Positions 1 to 10,087 are shown, counted from the stretch's first letter. The stretch is DNA of 64,000 nt from Fulvimarina sp. MAC3 (GCF_039652615.1 NZ_JBDJAC010000011.1:15744-79743); one strand, 5' to 3'. Numbers and translations are program-made. The notes: a model not told the origin generated them from the sequence alone.

Positions 1-657
1 TCGGCCGCGCGATCTTTTGGCGCGAGGATCTTCGCGGCCGGTGCGTCGAGGAGAACCGTCGTTCCGCAGGCCCGGTGATGGTCGAGAAACCGTTTTGAAA
101 TCGTTGGGGAGACCGCGCGGGCCATCAGCCGCGATCCGGCCTCGATCACCGTCGTCGAAACGCCCGCAGCCTCGGCCATCGCGGCAAATTCCAGCCCGAT
201 GAAGCCCCCGCCGACGACGATGGCGCGTTTCGCCTTTTCAAGCCGTCCACGAATATCCATCGCATGGGCAAGACTGCGCAATTCGACGACGCTGGCATGA
301 TCGGCGCCCTCGATTGGCGGGCGAACGTTTCGAGCGCCGGTCGCGAGTACCAGATGATCGTAGCCGAGCTGCTCGCCACTCTCGAGATCGATTGATCGTA
401 CATTCCTGTCGATGGAAGCAACACGCGTGCTTTCGCGCCGGTCGATCGCGTTCTTCTGAAAGAAGCTTTCCGGCTTGAGAATCAGCCGGTCCGGGTCGCC
501 ATCCTTCATATAGGCCTTGGAGAGCGGTGGGCGTTGATAGGGAAGGCCCGGCTCATCCCCGATCATCGTGATCGATCCCTGATGCCCTTCCTGACGCAGG
601 CTTCCGGCGAGCTGGACGGCGGCCTGTCCGGCGCCGACGATGACGATCCGATCCTGC
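1..657 (-). CDS. FAD-dependent pyridine nucleotide-disulfide oxidoreductase (ferredoxin/rubredoxin-reductase type), N-terminal part; the gene continues past the window edge
   Basis: The reverse-complement translation starts MQDRIVIVGAGQAAVQLAG (Rossmann GxGxxA) and continues GDEPGLPYQRPPLSKAYM, the PYxRPPLSK motif of ferredoxin reductases. ATG is at 655-657. No stop before position 1. Confidence 0.75.
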
Positions 658-902
658 ATTTAAGAGATTACTCCGTAGTCTGGAACGATGCGACCTGAGA
701 GGCGCGGGATGGTCCCGATCCCGCAAAGCAGGCCGCTCGTCTTCGCGATGTGATCGGGAGCGCGGCGTGAATGATGGCGTCTGCTATCAGCGTATACGAC
801 GATGATTCCCGCCATGGTTGATTTTCTCCCATCCGGCGTGTTTTGCCATCGCTTTCGTTCAGGTGAAAGTCCCGCCGGACAAAATTCTCGATCATGGGTC
901 GG

Positions 903-1805
903 TCAGGCAGCCAAGCCGCCGCGCCGGGCTTCGATGATCGCTTCGGCAAAGGCCTTCAGATCGGGAAGCAGCGCCGTCGTCGGCCGGAAGGCGAGCACCA
1001 CGCGGCGGAAGGGGGCGGGGTCCTGAAACGGCAGGATCGCGATGCCGCCGCCGCGCGTCTCGTCGCTCACGGCGAGCCGGGGGATGAGGGTCGCGCCGAG
1101 CCCGCCTGCCACCATGCGCAGGATCGTCGCAAGGCTCGTTGCGCCAAGGGCTGCAAGTTCGTGGTCGCCGGCGAGCCGGCACACATCGAGCGCGTGGGAG
1201 CGGAGGCAGTGGCCTTCTTCGAGAAGAATAATCCGTTCCTTGCCGAGAAGGGCTGGCGGAAACGGGTCCGGAAGGCGGTCGGCGATGGCGGCGGGGGCTG
1301 CAAGCAGAAAGGGATCGTCGAAGAGCGCAAGCGTGTCGAGCCCGGGTTCCTCCAGCGGCAGGGCGACGATCGCGCAATCGATCTCGCCGCGATTGAGGTC
1401 GGTGAGCAGTCGGCTGGTCATGCTCTCGCGCACCTCGCAATCGAGGTCGGGATAGTGCTCGGCAAGATGCGCAAGAAGGTGCGGCAGGAGATAGGGCGCG
1501 ACGGTGGCGATCATTCCCACCCGCAACCTTCCCGACAGGGTTGCCTTGCCGCGTGCCGCAATGCCTTCGAGATCGTGGACCTCTGAGAGAATGCGCTTGA
1601 CGCGAGCGCTCACGAGTTCGCCATCGGCCGTCAGCACGAGGCCGCTCGACATGCGCAGGAACAGCGTCATTCCGAAGAAGGCCTCCATTTGCGCGATCTG
1701 CGCCGACAGGGCCGGCTGACTGATGTGAAGGGTCTTCGCAGCGCGGCCGAAATGCAGCGTGTTGGCGAGGGTCTCGAAGTAGCGGATCTGGCGAAGGGTC
1801 AGCAT
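903..1805 (-). CDS. oxyR: LysR-family transcriptional regulator, OxyR-like, divergent from the catalase gene
   Basis: 300-aa ORF with an N-terminal HTH (MLTLRQIRYFETLANTLHFGRAAKTLHISQPALSAQI) and a LysR substrate-binding domain. It is transcribed divergently from a catalase gene, the classic oxyR-kat arrangement. Confidence 0.8.
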   Translation of the reverse strand: MLTLRQIRYFETLANTLHFGRAAKTLHISQPALSAQIAQMEAFFGMTLFLRMSSGLVLTADGELVSARVKRILSEVHDLEGIAARGKATLSGRLRVGMIATVAPYLLPHLLAHLAEHYPDLDCEVRESMTSRLLTDLNRGEIDCAIVALPLEEPGLDTLALFDDPFLLAAPAAIADRLPDPFPPALLGKERIILLEEGHCLRSHALDVCRLAGDHELAALGATSLATILRMVAGGLGATLIPRLAVSDETRGGGIAILPFQDPAPFRRVVLAFRPTTALLPDLKAFAEAIIEARRGGLAA

Positions 1806-1941
1806 GCCGATAAGATAATCCTATAGTGGAGGCTATAAAATACGATTAGCCCTTATCGGTAGCGCCAGCCATACTGGAATTCGAACAATTTCAGCCGGCG
1901 GGCAGCAAGGCCCGCGACCGGCGACAAAGAGGGAGGCCAGA
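1806..1941. promoter_or_regulatory. oxyR/catalase divergent promoter region with an ATAG-N6-CTAT dyad (candidate OxyR/LysR box)
   Basis: 136-bp AT-richer intergenic segment between divergent genes. It contains cctATAGtggaggCTATaaaatacgATTAgcccttATCG, with ATAG/CTAT half-sites reminiscent of OxyR sites. Confidence 0.4.
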
Positions 1942-3501
1942 ATGGCTGATCGCAACACCTTGAGAACCTCGGCCGGCGCGCCGTGGCCGAACAACCAGGA
2001 TTCGCTGTCGGCCGGCGAACGGGGGCCGCTTCTCCTGCAGGACTACCAGCTGATCGAGAAGCTCGCCCACCAGAACCGCGAGCGCATCCCCGAGCGTACC
2101 GTCCACGCCAAGGGCTGGGGCGCCCATGGCAAGCTGGTGATCACCGAGGATATCTCGAAATACACCAAGGCCCAGTGCCTGCAGAAGGGTGTCGAGACGC
2201 CGATGCTGGCGCGCTTTTCCACCGTTGCCGGCGAGGCCGGCGCGGCCGACCACGAGCGCGACGTGCGCGGCTTCTCGCTGAAGTTCTACACCGAGGAAGG
2301 CAACTGGGACCTCGTCGGCAACAACACGCCGGTGTTCTTCGTCCGCGACCCGTACAAATTCCCGGACTTCATCCACACCCAGAAGCGTCATCCCAAGACC
2401 AATATGCGTTCGCCGACGGCGATGTTCGACTTCTGGTCGCTCTCCCCGGAAGCGCTTCATCAGGTGACGGTCCTGATGTCGGATCGCGGCCTGCCGCAGT
2501 CCCCCATGCACATGAACGGCTATGGTTCGCACACCTTCTCCCTGTGGAACGACGCCGGCGAGCGCTATTGGGTGAAGTTCCACTTCAAGAGCCAGCAGGG
2601 CCACGACTTCTTCACCAATGAGGAAGCCGAGAAGGTCATCGGCAAGACCCGTGAGGGCTATCAGGAGCGCCTGTTCAACACGATCGAGGAGGGCAAGTAT
2701 CCGCGCTGGAAATTCCAGATCCAGATCATGCCGGAACTCGACGCCGAGACATGCGATTTCAACCCGTTCGACCTGACCAAGGTCTGGCCGCACGACCAGT
2801 TCCCGATGATCGATGTGGGCTATTTCGAACTGAACCGGAACGCCGACAACTATTTCGCCGAGATCGAGAACGCGGCCTTCTCGCCGTCGAACATCGTTCC
2901 GGGCATCTCCTTCTCGCCCGACAAGATGTTGCAGGCCCGCGTCTTCTCCTATGCGGACGCCCATCGCTATCGCCTCGGCACCCATTACGAGACGATCCCG
3001 GTGAACCGGCCGCGCATGGAGGTGCACAACTACCACAAGGACGGCACGATGAACGTCTTTGGCGGTGTACGCACGGGCAACGAAAACGCCTATTACGAGC
3101 CGAATTCCTATGCGGATCAGGGCGCGGCGGTCGAGGATCGCAGCGCGCAGGAACCGCCGCTGAGGATTTCGGGCGATGCGGCGCGCTATGACCACCGCGT
3201 CGGCTATGACGACTACAGCCAGGTTCGTGCGCTCGTCATGAAGGTGATGGACGACGCCCAGCGTCAGCGCCTCTACAAGAACATGGGCGGTGCCATGGCG
3301 GGTATCCCGAGCGAGATCGCCGAGCGTTGGTTCGGTCACCTCAAGGAGGTTCATCCGGACTACGAGGCCGGCGTCCGCGCTGCCTGGAACGAGGCCAATG
3401 CGGCGGACGAGTACATGGCGAACTCGCACCCGGTGACCGACGATACGCCGCAGCAGACCTCCGGCGACAATGCCGGCGACCGTCCGCAGGCCGCCGAGTA
3501 A
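1942..3501 (+). CDS. katA: Monofunctional heme catalase
   Basis: 519-aa ORF with hallmark catalase sequences: [39 protein letters not shown], distal His region FDRERIPERVVHAKG-like, and [11 protein letters not shown] agagggagg lies upstream. Confidence 0.93.
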   Translation: MADRNTLRTSAGAPWPNNQDSLSAGERGPLLLQDYQLIEKLAHQNRERIPERTVHAKGWGAHGKLVITEDISKYTKAQCLQKGVETPMLARFSTVAGEAGAADHERDVRGFSLKFYTEEGNWDLVGNNTPVFFVRDPYKFPDFIHTQKRHPKTNMRSPTAMFDFWSLSPEALHQVTVLMSDRGLPQSPMHMNGYGSHTFSLWNDAGERYWVKFHFKSQQGHDFFTNEEAEKVIGKTREGYQERLFNTIEEGKYPRWKFQIQIMPELDAETCDFNPFDLTKVWPHDQFPMIDVGYFELNRNADNYFAEIENAAFSPSNIVPGISFSPDKMLQARVFSYADAHRYRLGTHYETIPVNRPRMEVHNYHKDGTMNVFGGVRTGNENAYYEPNSYADQGAAVEDRSAQEPPLRISGDAARYDHRVGYDDYSQVRALVMKVMDDAQRQRLYKNMGGAMAGIPSEIAERWFGHLKEVHPDYEAGVRAAWNEANAADEYMANSHPVTDDTPQQTSGDNAGDRPQAAE

Positions 3502-3668
3502 GACCGACGGGCCTTTGAAACCACCGGTTTCATAAGGCCGTCGGGAGCCCGAGCGGCGTCTGAGCCCTTCGCTGGACGAGAATTGACCGAAGGATCAATT
3601 CATTGTCCAGCGGTAAAAGACCGACGGGCCTTTGAAACCAACGGTTTCATGGGACCATCGCGAGCGAC
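3502..3668. repeat. Family-A intergenic mosaic repeat (RIME/REP-like): one full copy at 3502-3617 plus a partial tandem second copy at 3618-3668
   Basis: Sequence gaccgacgggcctttgaaaccaccggtttcataaggccgtcgg...gagcggcgtctgagccc...ttgaccgaaggatcaattcattgtccagcggta, followed by the first hairpin module again. It is homologous to copies at 22636, 29295, 37417 and 49786. Confidence 0.8.
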
Positions 3669-3679
3669 GGGCACACCGA

Positions 3680-3714
3680 AAAAGGGCCGGGGCAAACATG
3701 CCTCGGCCCTTTTC
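3680..3714. terminator. Bidirectional rho-independent terminator between the convergent katA (+) and fliI (-) genes
   Basis: aaaaGGGCCGgggcaaacatgcctCGGCCCtttt: a 6-bp GC stem flanked by an A-run and a T-run. Confidence 0.6.
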
Positions 3715-3758
3715 CATGTCGTGGGCTTGAAGCCTCTGCCAGGGGTTTGGTGCCCGGC

Positions 3759-5105
3759 TTACTTCTTCTTCGGAGCCGCTTCCATCTTGGCGGTCATCGC
3801 CTGTTTCAGCGCCGCGCTGAGGGCGTCGAACGGCTTGGCGTGGGAGCCTTCGCCGGGTCGCTGGGCGAGGAAATCGTAGATATGCGGTACGAGATCGACG
3901 GCTTGGTCCAGCGTCTGGTCGGAGCCGCGCTGATAGCCGCCGAGAAGGCGCAGGTCCCGCGTGTCCTCGAAGCGCGATGTCATCGCGCGCAGGCGGGTGA
4001 CAAGCTCGCGCTCGCTGCCCTGCCAGGCCTTGTCGGCAAGGCGCGAAATCGATTTCAGGAAGTCGACCGCCGGGAACCGGCCCTGTTCGGCGATCTCGCG
4101 GTCCAGCACGATATGGCCGTCCAGTGTGCCGCGAATGGCGTCGGCGACCGGATCGTTATGGTCGTCGCCATCCACCAGAACGGCGTAGAGGCCCGTGATG
4201 GTGCCGGAGCCTTCAAGGCCGGTGCCGGCCCGCTCCAGAAGCAGCGGCAGTTCGGAAAAGACGCTCGGCGGATAGCCGCGCGAGACCGGCGGCTCGCCGG
4301 CCGAAAGGGCGACGTCGCGGGCCGCATGGGCATAGCGCGTCACCGAGTCGACGATGAGAAGGACATGATCGCCCTGATCGCGGAAATGTTCCGCAACGGC
4401 CGTTGCCGTGCGCGGCGCCAGACGGCGCATCATCGGGCTTTCATCGCCGGTCGCAACGACGGTGACCACCTTGTCCAGCTGGCCTTCCATCACCTCTTCC
4501 AGGAATTCGCGAACTTCGCGACCGCGCTCGCCGACGAGTGCGACCACCACCGTGTCGAACCCCTTGGCCTGGGAGAGCATGCCCATCAGCGTCGACTTGC
4601 CGACGCCGGACCCTGCGAAGATGCCGAGACGCTGGCCCTTGACCAGCGGCGTGAAGATATCGACCACGGAAACGCCCGTGGGTACGGGCTCCGAAAGCCG
4701 CGCGCGCTTCAGCGCGGACAGCGGCTGCGCGTCCACCGGACGCTTCTCCTCGCCCTGGAGGATCGGACCCTTGTCGTCCTGCGGGCGGCAGAACGCATCG
4801 AGCACGCGGCCGCGCCAGCTCGCATCCGGTGTGATGGAGAACGGACCGATCTTCATGGCGCTTGCGCCGACGCCGCGATTGAAGCGGTTGGTATAGGGTT
4901 TGACCGTCAGGCTGTCGGCGTCGATGCGCACCACCTCGCCCAGTTCCTCGCTCTCCTCGCCGGGACAGGAGATGCAGTCGCCGAGCCGGACGAAAGGCGA
5001 CAGGCCCGCGACCCGGAACGACTGGGGCGCGACATCGACGACCTTGCCGGAAATGTCGATCAGGGGCGCCGAGAGGGCCCTCAGGACTTCACTATGGTTT
5101 TCCAT
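3759..5105 (-). CDS. fliI: Flagellum-specific ATP synthase FliI
   Basis: 448 aa; Walker A GSGVGKST and Walker B LLIVDSVTRYA; F1/T3SS ATPase fold. Its ATG overlaps the flgF stop (ATGA). Confidence 0.93.
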   Translation of the reverse strand: MENHSEVLRALSAPLIDISGKVVDVAPQSFRVAGLSPFVRLGDCISCPGEESEELGEVVRIDADSLTVKPYTNRFNRGVGASAMKIGPFSITPDASWRGRVLDAFCRPQDDKGPILQGEEKRPVDAQPLSALKRARLSEPVPTGVSVVDIFTPLVKGQRLGIFAGSGVGKSTLMGMLSQAKGFDTVVVALVGERGREVREFLEEVMEGQLDKVVTVVATGDESPMMRRLAPRTATAVAEHFRDQGDHVLLIVDSVTRYAHAARDVALSAGEPPVSRGYPPSVFSELPLLLERAGTGLEGSGTITGLYAVLVDGDDHNDPVADAIRGTLDGHIVLDREIAEQGRFPAVDFLKSISRLADKAWQGSERELVTRLRAMTSRFEDTRDLRLLGGYQRGSDQTLDQAVDLVPHIYDFLAQRPGEGSHAKPFDALSAALKQAMTAKMEAAPKKK

Positions 5106-5827
5106 CAGCCGGTTCCGAGTTCCTTGATCGCCGTGGAGAGGGACCTGTCATTGGACTGGACGACATTCGCCGCGCTCTCGAAGGCGCGCTGGATGGCGAT
5201 CAGCCGGGTCATTTCCTGCACGGGATTGACGTTCGCCTCCTCGACATAGCCCTGGACGACACTGTCTGAGAGAAATTCGACGACCGGCACGCCGGGTACG
5301 TCCGAGATGACGCCCGAGGTATCGGCCCTTGTTGTGTTTGCGCCCTGGGGTATGCGGAAGAGGCCGATCGCGGCCACCTGCTCGCCGTTCTGATGGATCA
5401 TGCCATCGCCGCCGATGGTGAGCGGCCCGCCTGCCGGATCGATCTGGAGCGGCTGTCCGCCGACATCGAGAAGCGGGCGTCCGTTCACCGTCTGCACCAT
5501 GCCTTCGGCCGTGATCTGCATGCGGCCGTCGCGGGTGTAGACCATGCCGTTATCGCCCTGATAGGCGAAGAAGGCCTCGCCCCTGACGGCGACATCCAGG
5601 GGATTGCCGGTCTGGGTGAGCGCGCCGCTCTTGTTGGACAGGTAGGTCTGGCCCTCGGTCACAAAGGCGACGGGATCAGGTCCTGTGCGAGACAGCAGCT
5701 CCTCGAACCGGACCTCTTCGGCGCGAAAGCCGACGGTGCGGGCATTGGCGATGTTGTTCGCCAGCGTCTCGAGACGCTTTTCCATCGCGATCTGGCCGGA
5801 CAGGGCGACCGGAAGAGAGGTTTCCAT
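5105..5827 (-). CDS. flgF: Flagellar basal-body rod protein FlgF
   Basis: 240 aa; N-terminal rod motif LANNIANARTVGFRAEE and C-terminal rod domain (NVNPVQEMTRLIAIQRAFESAANVVQ). Confidence 0.88.
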   Translation of the reverse strand: METSLPVALSGQIAMEKRLETLANNIANARTVGFRAEEVRFEELLSRTGPDPVAFVTEGQTYLSNKSGALTQTGNPLDVAVRGEAFFAYQGDNGMVYTRDGRMQITAEGMVQTVNGRPLLDVGGQPLQIDPAGGPLTIGGDGMIHQNGEQVAAIGLFRIPQGANTTRADTSGVISDVPGVPVVEFLSDSVVQGYVEEANVNPVQEMTRLIAIQRAFESAANVVQSNDRSLSTAIKELGTG

Positions 5828-6225
5828 GCGTCTTCCTAGGAAAGAGGATTGAGGTGTGGCCGAAGGGTCATGAACATGTCGCCATTCGTGTCGGAGTTCG
5901 TGAGAGCGAAATGCGATAGGTCGAAGTCGACATTCAGCTTTAAGTCTTTGTTTTTCCCCATGATGCTATCCGAAATGCCATGCGGCTTCTCGGTTGGCGT
6001 CATGGTTCGGGACCTTATCGGGACCGCAGATGTCTGTCGGAGACCGTCAGGCGGCAGGCTCTGGGTCGCCGTCACCCAGACAATGCGCCGGACACCCTTG
6101 TGTCAGCCTTTCAGGCCGAGGGAGATTTCGCTTCAAATGCGAGCTATCGGCAGGCAAGGCTCCGCACTTCAAGCTCCGCACAAGCGGCTGTCCGTACCGC
6201 TTGATCCTGTCAACCGCTTGGGATT
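5828..6225. promoter_or_regulatory. 398-bp divergent flagellar promoter region (flgF-fliI leftward, motA-fliMNG-flhB rightward) with an AT-rich patch
   Basis: Long non-coding spacer between divergent flagellar operons. There is a local AT-rich stretch tcgacattcagctttaagtctttgtttttcccc around 5920-5960. The only ORFs here are composition artefacts or a 41-aa sORF (5836-5961, minus) with no SD. Confidence 0.45.
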
Positions 6226-7098
6226 TTGGGTGCAATGGGTATTATTATCGGTATGGTCGTCGTGCTGGGCTGCCTTCTGGGCGGCTTCGTCGCGATGGGT
6301 GGCCATCTGGACGTTCTCGTCCAGCCCTTCGAATACGTGATCATCTGCGGATCCTCGTTCGGCACCTTCCTCGTCGCCAACCCTCCCAAGGTCATCAAGG
6401 ACTGCGGAAAGGCGATCGGCGAGGCATTCAAGAACGCCGTTCCCAAGCAGAAGGATTATCTCGAAGTCCTCGGCCTGCTGCATGCGCTGATGCGCGAGAT
6501 GCGGTCGAAGTCCCGTTCCGAGGTCGAGGCCCATGTTGATGCTCCCGAGGAATCGACCATCTTCCAGGCCTATCCCACGATCCTGAAGGACAAGCAGAAG
6601 GTCGCCTTCATCTGCGACTATGTCCGGCTCATCATCGTCGGTTCGGCGCGCAGCCACGAGATCGAGGCGCTCATGGAAGAAGAGATCGAGACGATCACGC
6701 ACGACGCGATGAAGCCGAAGGCCGCCCTTCAGGACGTTGCCGACGGTCTGCCGGCGCTTGGCATCGTTGCCGCCGTTCTCGGCGTCATCAAGGCGATGGG
6801 CGCCCTCGACCAGTCTCCGGAAATTCTCGGCGGCCTGATCGCGGCGGCGCTCGTCGGCACCTTCGCGGGCGTCTTTGCCTCCTATGGAGTCATGGGACCG
6901 ATCGCATCCAAGGTGAAAGCCGTGCGGGAGAAGAAGTGCCGGACCTATGTGGTGATCAAGTCGACGCTGATCGCTTACATGAACGGCGCCATGCCCCAGA
7001 TCGCGATCGAATACGGTCGCAAGACGATCTCGGCCTACGACCGCCCGACCATCGACCAGGTGGAAGCCGAGACGATCGGTGGCGGAGCGGCTGCGTGA
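6226..7098 (+). CDS. motA: Flagellar motor stator protein MotA
   Basis: 290 aa with four TM segments and the MotA/TolQ/ExbB channel pattern ([44 protein letters not shown]). Confidence 0.9.
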   Translation: MGAMGIIIGMVVVLGCLLGGFVAMGGHLDVLVQPFEYVIICGSSFGTFLVANPPKVIKDCGKAIGEAFKNAVPKQKDYLEVLGLLHALMREMRSKSRSEVEAHVDAPEESTIFQAYPTILKDKQKVAFICDYVRLIIVGSARSHEIEALMEEEIETITHDAMKPKAALQDVADGLPALGIVAAVLGVIKAMGALDQSPEILGGLIAAALVGTFAGVFASYGVMGPIASKVKAVREKKCRTYVVIKSTLIAYMNGAMPQIAIEYGRKTISAYDRPTIDQVEAETIGGGAAA

Positions 7099-7150
7099 TC
7101 GAAGCGTCCGTTTCGAAGGATCACCGGCCCAAAGCCGAGGGAACTGAATA

Positions 7151-8119
7151 ATGTCGGATACAAGCACCGCAACGAGTTCATCCAATATCGGCGAGCGGCT
7201 GAAGTCGGCCGCCGAGCTCGACACCTCCAAGCTCTACCGCCTGGTCGCGATCGTCGAGGAGACCGCCGAAGAGCTGACGCTTGCGCTCAACGGACTGTCT
7301 GTCGACAAGCTCACGGTCACCTTTCGCGATTTCGACATCGGGAAAGGCGCAGAGAGCGCAGGCGGTGACGAAGACGGCGTCATCTTCGGTCTGGTCAAAT
7401 CCAAGCGCTTCATCCGGCCGACCTATCTCGTTGCGCCGAATGCCCTTGCGGATGTGTGCATTTCCGCCTTCTTCGGCGCCTTGCCCGCCGGCACGCCGGG
7501 CGAACGGGCCCTGACCGATCTCGACCGCTCGCTCGTCAGGATGACGTTCGAGTCGCTCGTCGAATCGTTTGCCTCGTGCTTCTCACCCATCGACGAGGCC
7601 GGTTTCACGGCGCAGGGGCTCGTCAAGCGCGAGGACCTCGACGAGCTTCTCGGCGGCGAGGACGCAGGCCGCTACCTGACCATCGGCTTCGATGTCTTCC
7701 GCGCAGCCGAAAAGGCCGAATCGAAGACCGAGGCTGAGCCGGTTGCGACTTTGACGCTGGCCCTTCCGCTGCCCTATCTGACGCCCCACCGCCGTATCCT
7801 GTCCCAGCCGGTTCCGCTGCCGCAGCCATCGCAGGACGAGACCTGGTCCGAGGCGATGGTCCGTAATTTCGAAAAGTCCGGCCTCCATCTGGAAGCCGTG
7901 CTCGCGCGCAAGAAGATACCCCTTTCGGACGTTGCCCATTTCCGCGTCGGTCAGACGATCTCCCTCGACGTTCTGGTGAGCGAGATGATCACGCTCGAAT
8001 GCCAGGGCAAGCCGATCTTCAAGTCACAGGTCGGCTTCGCGCGGGGCGCTTATGTGGCGCGGTTCGAGGAAGTGGTCGATCCGACACAGGAATTCATCGA
8101 TGACATCCTATCTGATTGA
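7151..8119 (+). CDS. fliM: Flagellar motor switch protein FliM
   Basis: 322 aa. Its operon position between motA and fliN, and the C-terminal FliN-like SpoA segment (ISLDVLVSEMITLECQGKPIFKSQVGFARGAYVARFEEVV), support the call. Confidence 0.85.
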   Translation: MSDTSTATSSSNIGERLKSAAELDTSKLYRLVAIVEETAEELTLALNGLSVDKLTVTFRDFDIGKGAESAGGDEDGVIFGLVKSKRFIRPTYLVAPNALADVCISAFFGALPAGTPGERALTDLDRSLVRMTFESLVESFASCFSPIDEAGFTAQGLVKREDLDELLGGEDAGRYLTIGFDVFRAAEKAESKTEAEPVATLTLALPLPYLTPHRRILSQPVPLPQPSQDETWSEAMVRNFEKSGLHLEAVLARKKIPLSDVAHFRVGQTISLDVLVSEMITLECQGKPIFKSQVGFARGAYVARFEEVVDPTQEFIDDILSD

Positions 8120-8435
8120 TCTTCTCCTGATGGTCGCGCTGGTCGTGACCGCGCTTCGAAGCGGGCGGATGTACCGCGAGCTGAAGTCACTCCGCGAATC
8201 CGAACGCGGGCTTGCCGCCGCGCTTGAACAGTCGGAAGCCTCCCTGAACAAGGCGGCTGAGGCTGTCATCGCCCTCAAATACGAGGGAATCTCGACATTG
8301 AAGGCTCTCGAAGCCGAGCGTGTGCTTGCGGAAAATGCTGCCGCTCGGCTCGCCGATCTCGTCGAACGCGCCGATTTTCATACGGGCGGCACAGCCATGC
8401 CTGCGACACGAACGCCCTTCAGCCGAAAGAACTAA
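8100..8435 (+). CDS. Small conserved-looking flagellar-operon protein: N-terminal TM helix plus coiled coil, function unknown
   Basis: 111 aa, MTSYLIDLLLMVALVVTALRSGRMYRELKSLRESERGLAAALEQSEASLNKAAEAVIALKYEGISTLKALEAERVLAENAAARLADLVERADF. ATG at 8100 overlaps the fliM 3' end by 20 nt. Protein-like composition with a heptad pattern. Confidence 0.5.
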   Translation: MTSYLIDLLLMVALVVTALRSGRMYRELKSLRESERGLAAALEQSEASLNKAAEAVIALKYEGISTLKALEAERVLAENAAARLADLVERADFHTGGTAMPATRTPFSRKN

Positions 8436-8548
8436 GGCTCGCATGGGAAGCGGCAGCTTCGGATAAGTTCGAGCCGCTAAACAGGAAAACACGCCCCGAA
8501 ATGTAAGCCGGGGCAATGGACGAAATGCCAGACGGAGAATGATACTCC

Positions 8549-8944
8549 ATGATCGATCCCAACGACTTCGAAGGCGGCGACCTCGAATTCAACGCTGACC
8601 TCTATGGCGACGACGACGCGCCGGAGGATGCCGGCATGGGTCCCGATTTCCGGGGGGCCGACAAGATGGACCTCGACCTCGTTCTCGACGTCTCCGTCAC
8701 CATGGAAGTGGTTCTGGGCACGGCACGGATGAGCGTCGCCGAACTTCTCAAGCTCAACCGCGGATCGATCGTCAAACTCGATACGAAGGTGGGCGATCCG
8801 ATCAATGTGGTCGTCAACGGCCGGATCGTCGCGCGCGGCGAGATCGTCGTTCTCGATCAGGAAGATCAGCAATTTGGTGTCACGCTGACCGAGGTCGCGA
8901 CCCCGGGCTCGAATCTGGGCGCGAAGAAGGCGAAGGCGGCCTGA
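8549..8944 (+). CDS. fliN: Flagellar motor switch protein FliN
   Basis: 131 aa; acidic N-terminus and a C-terminal SpoA domain (LDLVLDVSVTMEVVLGTARMSVAELLKLNRGSIVKLDTKVGDPINVVVNGRIVARGEIVVLD). Confidence 0.9.
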   Translation: MIDPNDFEGGDLEFNADLYGDDDAPEDAGMGPDFRGADKMDLDLVLDVSVTMEVVLGTARMSVAELLKLNRGSIVKLDTKVGDPINVVVNGRIVARGEIVVLDQEDQQFGVTLTEVATPGSNLGAKKAKAA

Positions 8945-8951
8945 TTGTGTC

Positions 8952-10007
8952 ATGAACAGTCTGGCGAGTTACTCAGAAGAGCTGAACGCAGCTCCGTTGC
9001 GGGGAGGGGCACGGGCGGCCGTCCTTCTCCTCGCATTGGGACCGGGCGGCGCTTCACGGCTTCTCAAGCACATGGCTCCCGACGAGATCATGTCGCTCAA
9101 GGAGGCCGCTGCTTCGCTCGAGAACGTTTCCTCCGAACAGATCAATGAGGTGGTCGAGGACTTCGCCTCGACGTTCAAGAGCGGGCCGATCTTCCCGGGT
9201 CCGGGCCAGCAGATGTCCGAGCTCTTGCGCAACGCGCTCGGTGAAAGCCAGTACGATTCCCTGTTTCCCAAGGAAGAGCCGTTCTCGATCCAGGAAATGT
9301 TCGCGAACGCGCCGCCGCTGGATGTCTGGGACGCCGTCGCCGACATGGACGTGGCAACGCTCGCAGGCAAGCTGTCCGCCGAGCACCCGCACATTATCGC
9401 GCTTGTCCTGTCCAAGGTGCCGAGCGATGCCGCCGTGCTCCTCGTGCGCGCTTTCGAACCGGTACTCAAGAACGATGTCATGAAGCGCATGCTCCAGATC
9501 AAGCCGCTGGCCGGCCCGATCGAGGAGCTCTTCGAGACCCATGTGCGCGAGACCTATCTTGTCACCGGCGACGGTCAGGGAGGCGAGGGCCGCCACCTCG
9601 CGCTCGCCAATGTCGTGAACCTTCTCGGAAAGGAAGAGAGCTCGGAACTCATCGAGTTCATCGAGAGCGATCAGCCGGACGACGCAACCCAATTGCGCAA
9701 GCTGCTCTTTGCCTTCGAAGATATTCTGGGCATGCCGGCGAAATCCCGACTCACCCTGTTCGACAGCATCGAGGCCGATACGGTCATCATGGCGCTGCGT
9801 GGGGCACCGGACGCGCTCAAGGAAGCGGTGCTTTCTGCCCAGGGCGCGAGAGCCCGGCGCATGATGGAGGCAGAGCTCGGCCAGGCAGCGAACGTCACCA
9901 AGGAGGCGATCGAATCGGCTCGCCGCGATATCGCGTCCCGCGCGCTGGAAATGGCGGGCAGCGGCACGATCATCCTGCGCGAAGGCGATGAGGACGGGGC
10001 CGAGTGA
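8952..10007 (+). CDS. fliG: Flagellar motor switch protein FliG
   Basis: 351 aa with FliG middle and C-terminal domains; position fliN-fliG-flhB as in Rhizobiaceae. Confidence 0.88.
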   Translation: MNSLASYSEELNAAPLRGGARAAVLLLALGPGGASRLLKHMAPDEIMSLKEAAASLENVSSEQINEVVEDFASTFKSGPIFPGPGQQMSELLRNALGESQYDSLFPKEEPFSIQEMFANAPPLDVWDAVADMDVATLAGKLSAEHPHIIALVLSKVPSDAAVLLVRAFEPVLKNDVMKRMLQIKPLAGPIEELFETHVRETYLVTGDGQGGEGRHLALANVVNLLGKEESSELIEFIESDQPDDATQLRKLLFAFEDILGMPAKSRLTLFDSIEADTVIMALRGAPDALKEAVLSAQGARARRMMEAELGQAANVTKEAIESARRDIASRALEMAGSGTIILREGDEDGAE

Positions 10008-10087
10008 CGTATGGCGAAAGCGGCCGGCAACGGCTGCTTAACCATGCTGTTTCACCGAAACGAAACCTAACTACGGGCTAATCGGCT

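Noticed and set aside
668-895. 75 to 93-aa minus-strand ORF between the oxidoreductase start and the oxyR stop
   Set aside because: No SD, no recognisable motif, and it overlaps the oxyR 3' end. It could not be supported, though a small redox partner gene here cannot be fully excluded.
892-1586. 182-aa, 230-aa and 137-aa ORFs overlapping the LysR regulator
   Set aside because: They are alternate frames or antisense of the oxyR-like gene, which has a clear HTH and LysR domain. Their composition is extremely Arg/Pro/Ala-rich.
1891-3429. 512-aa minus-strand ORF and a 212-aa plus-strand ORF overlapping the catalase gene
   Set aside because: They are antisense or alternate frames of an unmistakable catalase. 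The composition is Arg/Leu/Val-rich and typical of GC-frame artefacts.
3747-5249. 500-aa plus-strand ORF
   Set aside because: It is antisense to fliI (Walker motifs on the minus strand), so the frame is an artefact.
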